Shown here: positions 56,516 to 64,000 of the stretch, one piece after another | How the letters are laid out: every line of letters begins with the position of its first letter | Position numbering within the stretch: the first letter of the stretch is position 1 | Assembly: GCA_965238055.1 (NCBI GenBank) | Contig: OZ250178.1 | Span: forward strand, 2,649,184-2,713,183 | Source of the DNA: Candidatus Foliamicus sp. | Lineage (GTDB): Bacteria > Pseudomonadota > Gammaproteobacteria > Steroidobacterales > Foliamicaceae | Length of the DNA: 64,000 nt | Reading direction: 5' to 3' | Notes under the pieces: model-generated | What the model was told of the DNA's origin: nothing | Databases searched by the model: none | What the model saw: only the letters and a program-made list of their open reading frames with translations | Position numbers and translations under genes: made by a program

Positions 56516-57847
56516 ATGACCGCCAGCTCATACGCCAGCAACCCCGAAGCACTGCGCGCCCTGGTCCGGCCCGACGCGGTGCATCGCGACCTGTACATAT
56601 CCGAGGAGTTGTACGAGCTGGAACTGGAACGCCTGTGGCGCAACACCTGGATCTTCATGGGCCACGACAGCCAGGTTCCCGAGCCCGGCGACTTCTATAC
56701 CGCCCACATCGCCGGATCGCCGCTGGTCATGCTGCGCGGGAGTGACGGTGAAGTGCGGGTGATGCTCAATCGTTGTGCGCACAAGGGCACACGGGTCGTG
56801 AGCGCGATGGAAGGTAACTGCGGACGCCTTGTGCGCTGTCCGTACCATGGTTGGACCTATCGCCTGGACGGCAGCCTCCGCACGGTGCCGCTGAAAGGCG
56901 GCTACGACGGCACGGAAATACCTCGCACGGCCCACTGGAAAGGGCTGGCGCAGGTGCCCAACGTGGAAATCTACCGTGGCTTCGTGTTTGTCCGCTTGAG
57001 CAACGAGGGGCCCGATTTCCACGAGTATTTTGGGGATTCATTAAGCTCCATCGACAACATGGCCGACCGCTCGCCGGAGGGCCGTTTGGAGATTGCCGGC
57101 GGCGTGCTGCGCTATTACCACGACTGCAACTGGAAGATGTTCGTGGAAAATCTGAACGACGCGATGCATCCGATGGTGGCCCACCAGTCTTCCGCGGGCA
57201 TCGCCAAGCGGCTCTGGGAGGAAGAGGGCGACGGCGGGACACCGCCGATGGTGGTGCAGCAGTTTGCGCCGTTCGTCAACGATTACGACTTCTTCGACGG
57301 GATGGGCGTGAAGATTTACGAGAACGGCCACTCGTACACGGGTGTGAAGTTCTCAATCCACTCGAAGTATTCAACGGTGCCGGAGTACGAGCAGCAGATG
57401 TTCCAGGCCTACGGCGAGGAACGCGCCCGCGCGATCCTCGGCGAGAACCGTCACAACACGATTTATTTCCCGAGCCTCACGATCAAGGGCGCGATCCAGG
57501 CGATTCGCGTGGCCCGGCCCCTGGCGGCCAACAAGACGGTGCTCGAGAGCTGGACGTTCCGCCTGGCGGGCGCGCCGGAAAAGCTTCTGAAGCGCACGAT
57601 GACCTATTCGCGGCTGATCAATGCGCCGACTTCGGTGGTGGGGCACGACGATCTGCATTGCTACAGCGAGATTCAGCAGGGGCTGCACGCGCAGGGCAAT
57701 GAGTGGGTGAGCCTGCACCGCAACTACGATGCCGCGGAGCAGGAGGGTATAGCGGGCGTCTACAACGGCACCAGCGAAGTCTCCATGCGCGGCCAGTTCC
57801 GCGCCTGGCTCAAGTACATGCTTCCGAAGAATGAGGCTGCCGCGTGA
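56516..57847 (+). CDS. Rieske aromatic-ring oxygenase alpha subunit (IadD-like)
   Basis: NRCAHKG...CPYHGW Rieske motif; NWK..ENLNDAMHP..AH and GHDD mononuclear-iron motifs. Confidence 0.9.
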   Translation: MTASSYASNPEALRALVRPDAVHRDLYISEELYELELERLWRNTWIFMGHDSQVPEPGDFYTAHIAGSPLVMLRGSDGEVRVMLNRCAHKGTRVVSAMEGNCGRLVRCPYHGWTYRLDGSLRTVPLKGGYDGTEIPRTAHWKGLAQVPNVEIYRGFVFVRLSNEGPDFHEYFGDSLSSIDNMADRSPEGRLEIAGGVLRYYHDCNWKMFVENLNDAMHPMVAHQSSAGIAKRLWEEEGDGGTPPMVVQQFAPFVNDYDFFDGMGVKIYENGHSYTGVKFSIHSKYSTVPEYEQQMFQAYGEERARAILGENRHNTIYFPSLTIKGAIQAIRVARPLAANKTVLESWTFRLAGAPEKLLKRTMTYSRLINAPTSVVGHDDLHCYSEIQQGLHAQGNEWVSLHRNYDAAEQEGIAGVYNGTSEVSMRGQFRAWLKYMLPKNEAAA

Positions 57848-58329
57848 AAGTTGTTCCCGGAAAGGGCGAGCTGGCGCGCTTCGTGTACCGTGAGGCGCGC
57901 CTGATCGACGAGAAGCGGCTGGATGAGTGGTATGAATTGTTTACCGAGGACGCGCTGTACTGGATGCCGCTGGTGCGCGGCCAGACCGATCCGCACAGCC
58001 ATACCTCGCTGTATTGCGAGGACAAATTTCTCCTGAGGGTGCGCATAGAGAGGCTGAAGAACCCGCTTTCGCATTCTCAGCAGCAGCCGAGTTTCTGCCA
58101 GCACGTCCTGCAGCGCCCGGAAGTTGTCAAGCGAGATGCCGACAAGAACGAGTTCTCGCTTAGAACGCCCTTCGTCTACCTTGAAACCCGGCTCGACGAA
58201 CAAATCGTCCTGGGTGGCGTGGCGCATCACGATCTGCGTTGGGACGAAGACCGGCTCCAGATCGCCGTCAAACGCATCGAACTGCTGAATCGCGACGCAG
58301 CGCTGCCGTCCATACAGCTTTTCCTGTGA
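57844..58329 (+). CDS. Aromatic-ring-hydroxylating oxygenase beta subunit (IadE-like)
   Basis: FVYREARLIDEKRLDEWYELF..YWMP..KRIELLN; GTGA overlap with the alpha subunit. Confidence 0.9.
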   Translation: MKVVPGKGELARFVYREARLIDEKRLDEWYELFTEDALYWMPLVRGQTDPHSHTSLYCEDKFLLRVRIERLKNPLSHSQQQPSFCQHVLQRPEVVKRDADKNEFSLRTPFVYLETRLDEQIVLGGVAHHDLRWDEDRLQIAVKRIELLNRDAALPSIQLFL

Positions 58330-60068
58330 GCGTTGCGCCCCCGGGTACCGTGGCGCGGGCCCTTGAAGATGCGGCGCGCCGGCACGGCGGGAAGCCGTTT
58401 CTGCGGATCACCCGGGGCACTGCCGAGCGAACCGGGATTGAAGCGGGCGACTTGAGTTATGCGGACGCCTGGAGCCGGACCCAAGCGCTGATCGGTGATT
58501 TTCGACGGCTCGCTGACGGTGCTCCGCAACGAGTAGCGCTGCTCCTGGAGAACCACCCCGAGATGTTCCTGTATTGGCTGGCGCTGAACGCACTGGGCAT
58601 ATCGGCTGCGCCGCTGAACCCGGCCTGGCGGTCTGCGGAGCTGGCCTATGCGCTGGCGCACAGCGAAGCACGTCTGGTGATCGCCTTGCCGGGAAGGGTG
58701 GGCGAGTTGCGGGCGGTGGTGCGCGAAGAAGGGCTGAATGTGCCCGTTTGCTCGCTCGGCGAAGAACTTCCGGCGCTTCCATCGGAGGCCGGGGGTGAGA
58801 AGCTGCCCGAAGATGCTGCTGATCGCGAGTGCGCTTTGCTGTACACATCGGGCACCACCGGCAAACCCAAGGGCTGCATGCTAAGCAACCGCTATTTCAC
58901 CATGATCGGAGACTGGTACACCTCGTTGGACGGCTTGTGCGCGCTGGGCAAGGATGGAGATTGCCTGATCACGCCTTTGCCCATGCACCACATGAACGCA
59001 ATGGCCTGTTCAACCATGGTCATGTTGCAGACCGGGGGTTGCATCGTCCCGCTGGACCGGTTTCATCCGCGGAGCTGGTGGCGCGAAGTCAAGGAATCCG
59101 GTGCGACCATCGTTCATTACCTGGGCGTTATGCCGGCGATCCTGCTCAAGATGGAGGAGGAGCCGGTTGAGCGCCAGCACGGGGTGCGATTCGGGTTCGG
59201 CGCGGGCGTGGGCAGCCGACAGCATCTACCGTTCGAGAAGCGCTTCGGGTTCCCGCTGGTGGAGGCCTGGGCGATGACCGAAACGGGCGCTAGCGCTGCG
59301 ATCATCGCGAACCATGAGCCGCGCAAGCGCGGTACCGCCTGTTTCGGCCGGCCATTGCCGGCTGTCGAGGTGCGGATTGTGGATGACCGCGAGAACGAAG
59401 TGACAGTGGATCAGCCGGGCGAGTTATGGGTGCGTTACTCGGGCGGCGATCCGCGGCTGGGGTTCTTTTCCGGATACTTCAAGGACGCGGCGGCGACCGA
59501 TTTGGCCTGGGAGGGTGGCTGGTTTCATACCGGCGATATCGTGTCGCGTGACGCTGATGGCGACATGCACTTCATCGATCGCAAGAGCAATCTCATCCGC
59601 CGCAGCGGCGAGAACATCGCCGCGGTCGAGGTTGAAGGCGTCCTGGCGGAACATGATGCGGTGGCCGAGGCCGGCGTTGTTGCCGTGCTCGATGAGATCC
59701 GCGGCGACGAGGTCTTTGCCTGTATTCGTCCAGCCGCCGGCGCTGCGGACGAGTGCGATGCGGGCTTGCTGGCGAAGGAGCTGGTGGGGTACTGCCTCAA
59801 CCGGCTCGCGTACTTCAAGGCGCCCGGTTACCTGTCTGTGGTGGATGCCTTGCCGCACACGGCAACGGAAAAGCTCGACAGAGCGGCGCTGAAGTCGTTG
59901 GCGTCAGAGCTGCGAGATCGAGGAGCCTGCGTAGATACGCGCGCCATGAAACGCCCGACTCCCCCTGGGAACGAGGGCGTCCCTCCTGGGAACGAGGGCG
60001 TCCCTCCTGGGAACGAGGGCGTCCCGCCCTCGGCAGACGTAGCGTCCCGTCGCACGGGAGCGGCATGA
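58326..60068 (+). CDS. Acyl-CoA synthetase (CaiC-like), C-terminus contains translated REP repeats
   Basis: YTSGTTGKPKG, EAWAMTE, WFHTGD, DRKSNLIRRSGENI, TEK; tail PGNEGVP x3. Confidence 0.9.
   Translation: MSVAPPGTVARALEDAARRHGGKPFLRITRGTAERTGIEAGDLSYADAWSRTQALIGDFRRLADGAPQRVALLLENHPEMFLYWLALNALGISAAPLNPAWRSAELAYALAHSEARLVIALPGRVGELRAVVREEGLNVPVCSLGEELPALPSEAGGEKLPEDAADRECALLYTSGTTGKPKGCMLSNRYFTMIGDWYTSLDGLCALGKDGDCLITPLPMHHMNAMACSTMVMLQTGGCIVPLDRFHPRSWWREVKESGATIVHYLGVMPAILLKMEEEPVERQHGVRFGFGAGVGSRQHLPFEKRFGFPLVEAWAMTETGASAAIIANHEPRKRGTACFGRPLPAVEVRIVDDRENEVTVDQPGELWVRYSGGDPRLGFFSGYFKDAAATDLAWEGGWFHTGDIVSRDADGDMHFIDRKSNLIRRSGENIAAVEVEGVLAEHDAVAEAGVVAVLDEIRGDEVFACIRPAAGAADECDAGLLAKELVGYCLNRLAYFKAPGYLSVVDALPHTATEKLDRAALKSLASELRDRGACVDTRAMKRPTPPGNEGVPPGNEGVPPGNEGVPPSADVASRRTGAA
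59964..60031 (+). repeat. REP-like units (21-bp tandem) inside the CoA ligase CDS
   Basis: CCTGGGAACGAGGGCGTCCCT twice plus a full palindromic copy, all in frame. Confidence 0.9.
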
Positions 60069-61228
60069 CCCGGCAAAGCTATGGGGGCGTTGCGCTGGCT
60101 GCGCCGGTCACCGTGCCGTACCGCCGCTACTCCACGCGCGATGCACACTGGTGGATCGCCCGCGCCCTGGCGTCCCTGCTCAAGGACACAGGCCTGAAGA
60201 AGGACGACATTGACGGCCTGGGCCTATCCAGCTTCACGCTGGGACCGGATACCGCCGTGGGGCTGACCCAGCACCTTGGGATGTCCTTGAGATGGCTGGA
60301 TCACGTGCCCATGGGCGGTGCTTCTGGCGTTGTCTGCCTTCGGAGGGCAGCCCGTGCGGTACAGGCGGGTGATGCAGAGATCGTCGCCTGTATCGCCGGC
60401 GACACCAATCACGTCGATACCTTTCGGCGCACGCTGTCCACGTTCAGCCGCTTTGCCCAGGATGCCGTGTACCCGTACGGTTCCGGCGGACCCAATGCGA
60501 GCTTTGCCTTCATCACCGACTGGTGGATGCGGCAATACGGCGTCAAGCGGGAGGACTTCGGCAAGCTGTGCGTGGCCCAGCGGCGCAATGCCATGGACAA
60601 TCCGTATGCCTTGCTGCGCAAGCCGCTCGATCTTGACGCGTACCTCGGGGCGCGGGTGATTGCCGAGCCGTTGCATCTGTTCGATTGCGTGATGCCATGC
60701 GCGGGAGCAGACGGCTTCCTCGTAATGACCGCTGAACGCGCCAAGGCGTTGGGGTTGGAATCCGCCCGGCTGTTGGGCGCGATCGAGCGGCACAACGCCT
60801 TTCCGGATGACCCGGTGCAGATGCGCGGCGGCTGGGCGCTGGACCGCGACGAACTGTGGGAGCAGGCCCAGCTGGGTCCGAGTGACATGGATTTCTTGCA
60901 GGCCTACGACGACTACCCGGTGATTACCATGATGCAGATCGAGGACCTTGGTTTTTGCCCATCCGGCGAAGGCGCGGCCTTCGTCCGCGACCATGAATTC
61001 AGCTACGATGGCGACTGCCCTTTGAATACCTGCGGCGGCCAATTGTCGATGGGCCAGGCGGGCGCGGCCGGCGGGTTTCTGGGACTGGTGGAGGCGCTGC
61101 GTCAGCTCCTGCGCCGCCCATTGGGGAAGCAGGTGGCCAACGCTACGCATGGCGCCGTCTCCGGTTTCGGCATGATCAACTACGACCGCGGCCTGTGCAG
61201 CGCCGCCGCCGTCCTTGGCCGCCCCTAG
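60065..61228 (+). CDS. Thiolase-fold protein of the SCP2/Ltp2 type (no nucleophilic Cys)
   Basis: MGGASG at the usual Cys position; LFDCVMPCAGA, QAYDDYP, LNTCGGQLS. Confidence 0.8.
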   Translation: MTRQSYGGVALAAPVTVPYRRYSTRDAHWWIARALASLLKDTGLKKDDIDGLGLSSFTLGPDTAVGLTQHLGMSLRWLDHVPMGGASGVVCLRRAARAVQAGDAEIVACIAGDTNHVDTFRRTLSTFSRFAQDAVYPYGSGGPNASFAFITDWWMRQYGVKREDFGKLCVAQRRNAMDNPYALLRKPLDLDAYLGARVIAEPLHLFDCVMPCAGADGFLVMTAERAKALGLESARLLGAIERHNAFPDDPVQMRGGWALDRDELWEQAQLGPSDMDFLQAYDDYPVITMMQIEDLGFCPSGEGAAFVRDHEFSYDGDCPLNTCGGQLSMGQAGAAGGFLGLVEALRQLLRRPLGKQVANATHGAVSGFGMINYDRGLCSAAAVLGRP

Positions 61229-61237
61229 AATGAATCA

Positions 61238-61334
61238 CCCCTGGGAACGAGGGCGTCCCCGCCCTCGGCAGGAACAACCCGGGAACGAGGGCGTCCCCGC
61301 TCTTGCCCCTGGGAACGAGGGCGTCCCCGCCCTC
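61238..61334. repeat. REP-like cluster (3 copies)
   Basis: GGGAACGAGGGCGTCCCCGC repeated three times. Confidence 0.85.
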
Positions 61335-61352
61335 GGAAGGTAAAACGACCCC

Positions 61353-62603
61353 ATGCCCACCAAGCCCCGCCTCAAGAACCCCATCCTGCGCACACGGCAA
61401 CCCTTGACGCCGCCGATGCCGCGCAGCCGCGCGGCCCTGGGATTGACCGCCCAGGCGGCCGAAGGACGGTTCTCCCTGCAGCGCTGCGAGGTGTGCGGAC
61501 AGGTGCAGTATCCGCCGGTGGACAGTTGCCGCGCCTGCCTTTCCGAGGAGTTGCTGTGGACGCCGATGTCCGGGGGCGGTGAGTTGCTGGCGCACACGAC
61601 CTTGCACCACAGCAACGACCCCTTCTATCGCGAGCGCTTGCCCTGGCGCCTTGGATTGACCCGTCTGGAAGAGGGGCCGGTGGTCGTGGCGCACTTGCAC
61701 CGCGATTGCCCCCCGCCCCCCGCCCCCGTGCGGGTAACGGCTAAACTGGACAAGGCGGGAAGAGGCGTGCTGGTGGCGCTCCCCGTGGGTGAGTTGGGAG
61801 ACATGAGTACAGATCCACGTCACGGTGAATTTTCTTGCGACCCTGAGTTCCGCAAGGTGCTGGTGACCGACGGCAAGAGCCGGGTCGGCCAGGCGCTGGT
61901 TCACGAACTTGCGCAGGCCGGCGCGGCCGTAATCTGGGTGGGACAGGCGGAGCCCTGGAAGAAATACGCGGGCCAGGATGCCATCGAAGAGCTGCCCCAG
62001 GTCACCGTCGTGCCGCTGGACCTGACCGATGAGCGCGGGGTCAACCGCATCGGGGGGGAGGTCGGCGGGCGGGTCGATATTCTCATCAACAATGCCGAGG
62101 TGCATCGCACCGAGGGTATCGCCACCCGTGGAGGAGCGGAACTGGCGCGCCGGGAGATGGAAGTCAACTACCTTGGGCTTTTGCGCCTGGCGCAGGCCTT
62201 CGGTCCTGCAATGCGAGCGCGGGGCGCCGACGGCGGGGCTTCGGCTACGGCCTGGGTCAACGTGCTGAGCGTCTATGCGTTGAGCAACTATCCGCCGCAG
62301 GGCACGTATTCAGCTTCCAAGGCAGCCGCACTGTCACTATCGCAGTGCCTGCGTGCTGAGATGCAGGATGCGGGAATCCGGGTCATGAACGTGTTTCCCG
62401 GTCCGATCGACGAAGAGTGGAACCAGGCCCTGCCGCCACCGAAACTGGCGCCGGAAAGGCTGGCGCGAGACCTCGTGCAGGGTTTGCGCGATGGCGTCGA
62501 AGACCTGTTTCCGGGGGATGTGGCGCGGGAATGGCTGGAGCGCTGGCGCGACAACCCCAAAGTGCTGGAGCGTGAACTGGCATTGGAGTCGCAGCAGGAA
62601 TGA
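61353..62603 (+). CDS. DUF35 (Zn-ribbon/OB-fold) + SDR fusion
   Basis: LQRCEVCGQVQYPP..CRAC; then VLVTDGKSRVG, LINNA, YSASKAA. Confidence 0.85.
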   Translation: MPTKPRLKNPILRTRQPLTPPMPRSRAALGLTAQAAEGRFSLQRCEVCGQVQYPPVDSCRACLSEELLWTPMSGGGELLAHTTLHHSNDPFYRERLPWRLGLTRLEEGPVVVAHLHRDCPPPPAPVRVTAKLDKAGRGVLVALPVGELGDMSTDPRHGEFSCDPEFRKVLVTDGKSRVGQALVHELAQAGAAVIWVGQAEPWKKYAGQDAIEELPQVTVVPLDLTDERGVNRIGGEVGGRVDILINNAEVHRTEGIATRGGAELARREMEVNYLGLLRLAQAFGPAMRARGADGGASATAWVNVLSVYALSNYPPQGTYSASKAAALSLSQCLRAEMQDAGIRVMNVFPGPIDEEWNQALPPPKLAPERLARDLVQGLRDGVEDLFPGDVAREWLERWRDNPKVLERELALESQQE

Positions 62604-63328
62604 GTACGCAGCGGGTCTGGCTGACGGGCGCTAGCTCGGGAATTGGCGCCTGTCTTGCAAAAATGCTGGCGGAGCAGGGCAGCGAGGTAATCTGCTTCTC
62701 ACGACGGCCCGCGCCGATCGAGTCCGCACGGGTGAAATCGATTGCGGTTGATCTGGCTGATCCGGAGGCAACCCGGCAGGCCTTCGAGGAAACCGCGGCC
62801 AACGTCCCGGCCAATCGGCTGGTGCACAACGCCGGCGTGATTCGCGAAAAGCCACTAGCGGATGTCACCGCCGAAGACATGGACGCGCTGGCGCGCCTGC
62901 ACATGGGCGCCGCAGTGACAATGGTCCAGGCCAATCTCGACTGCATGCGCGAAGCTGGATGGGGGCGCATCGTGCTGGTTTCCAGCCGTGCGGTCGTAGG
63001 GCTTGCCAAGCGCACGGCCTACGCGTCCACCAAGGCCGGCATGCTGGGCCTGGCACGCACCTGGGCGCTGGAACTGGCGCCGCTCAAGGTGACCGCCAAC
63101 GTGGTCCTGCCGGGCCCGATCGCCGAAACCGAGATGTTCGACGACGTCGTACCGCCCGGAAGCGAGAGGGCCGCGAGTCTGGCGTCTTCTATTCCCGTAG
63201 GACGCCTGGGGCGTCCCGAAGATGTCGCCCGGGCCGCCCTGTTTTTCCTGGATCGTGGTAACGGTTACGTGACCGGCCAGACGCTTTACGTTTGCGGCGG
63301 CACCTCAGTGGGTTCGCTCACGTTATGA
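62600..63328 (+). CDS. SDR family oxidoreductase
   Basis: LTGASSGIG, HNAG, YASTK, VLPGPI, YVTGQ. Confidence 0.9.
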   Translation: MSTQRVWLTGASSGIGACLAKMLAEQGSEVICFSRRPAPIESARVKSIAVDLADPEATRQAFEETAANVPANRLVHNAGVIREKPLADVTAEDMDALARLHMGAAVTMVQANLDCMREAGWGRIVLVSSRAVVGLAKRTAYASTKAGMLGLARTWALELAPLKVTANVVLPGPIAETEMFDDVVPPGSERAASLASSIPVGRLGRPEDVARAALFFLDRGNGYVTGQTLYVCGGTSVGSLTL

Positions 63329-64000
63329 GCGAAATCCTTTCCCAACTGCTTTCCGGAATCGCCGCCGGTGCGCTGCGCGTTGTGGACCTGACCCACACGC
63401 TCAACGCCGAATTTCCGCAACTCAGCCTGCCGCCGGAGATGGGGCAGGCGCTGCCGTATCGCAGCGAGGAGATTGCGCGCTACGATGGCCGTGGTCCCGC
63501 TTGGTACTGGAACAACTTCACGCTTTGCGAACACACCGGTACTCATTTCGATGCCCCGATCCACTGGATTTCCGGGCGCGAACTGCCCAACAACTCCGTC
63601 GACACCATTCCGCCTGAGCACATGATCGCTTCGGCCTGCGTGGTCGATTGCACCGAAGATACCGAACGGGATGCGGACTTTCTGCTGACGCGCGAACGCC
63701 TCGAGGAATGGGAGGCCGAACAGGGTCGAATTCCCGCCGGTTCCTGGGTGTTGATGCACACCGGTTGGGCGCGCCGCGTGCAGGACCCGGTGGCGTTTCA
63801 GAACTTCGACGAAATCGGCCAGCACACTCCCGGACCGGACGTGGACTGCGTGCGCTTCATGGTGGAAGAGCGCGATGTGCTGGGTTTCGGCACCGAGACA
63901 ATCGGCACCGACAGCGGCCAGGCGCAGCGCCTGAACCCCCCGTTCCCCTGCCACTACTACATGCACGGGGCGGGAAAGTACGGCCTGCAGTGTCTGAACA
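63325..64000 (+). CDS. Cyclase-family metal hydrolase, isatin hydrolase-like (runs off the right edge)
   Basis: Manual translation from the ATGA overlap: VVDLTHTL..LPP..YD..GP.WYWN..CEHTGTHFDAPIHW..DFLLT..HTPGP..GTDSGQA..PPFPCH. Confidence 0.85.
   Translation, partial: MSEILSQLLSGIAAGALRVVDLTHTLNAEFPQLSLPPEMGQALPYRSEEIARYDGRGPAWYWNNFTLCEHTGTHFDAPIHWISGRELPNNSVDTIPPEHMIASACVVDCTEDTERDADFLLTRERLEEWEAEQGRIPAGSWVLMHTGWARRVQDPVAFQNFDEIGQHTPGPDVDCVRFMVEERDVLGFGTETIGTDSGQAQRLNPPFPCHYYMHGAGKYGLQCLN

Overview
A high-GC bacterial chromosomal window, probably proteobacterial. The many secreted repeat proteins, TA modules and decayed genes suggest a host-associated or metagenome-assembled genome, but that is inference. 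No rRNA, tRNA or CRISPR array is visible. Left to right: (1) 1-3.4 kb is an insertion-sequence graveyard with IS3 and IS21 remnants, a broken DUF2235 lipase-like gene, a truncated NmrA duplicate and a UDG-like gene. (2) A ChaN-PDZ gene plus an M1-M28-PDZ peptidase, an orphan higA with a higB stub, NmrA, a Tat-exported beta-propeller glycosidase-like protein, gloB, moaB and tandem MORN-repeat proteins, one split by a stop codon. (3) An uncharacterised four-gene operon of two HTTM/VKGC-like-DCC1 fusions, a sterol-desaturase-family enzyme and a small partner protein; one fusion has lost its predicted catalytic Lys and Cys residues. (4) parDE and two vapBC-type modules, a TlpA pair, an omega-aminotransferase, an atypical alpha/beta hydrolase, moeA, an MFS gene truncated at repeat elements and an amidase-MmgE/PrpD-YrdC-like operon. 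(5) A GalNAc (aga) operon with an AgaS-ROK kinase fusion. (6) A form II cox-like molybdo-hydroxylase cluster (coxG-S-L-M-D-E) and gdhA. (7) Three tandem serine hydrolases around a cytochrome c fusion. (8) A Rieske oxygenase, CoA ligase, thiolase-like, DUF35-SDR, SDR and isatin-hydrolase-like operon resembling indole-3-acetate (iad) degradation loci. Two families of small repeats overlay the window: at least 15 clusters of a REP/REPIN-like palindrome, and a CTAG-targeting inverted-repeat family that occurs empty, as a miniature, and apparently around a vapBC module.
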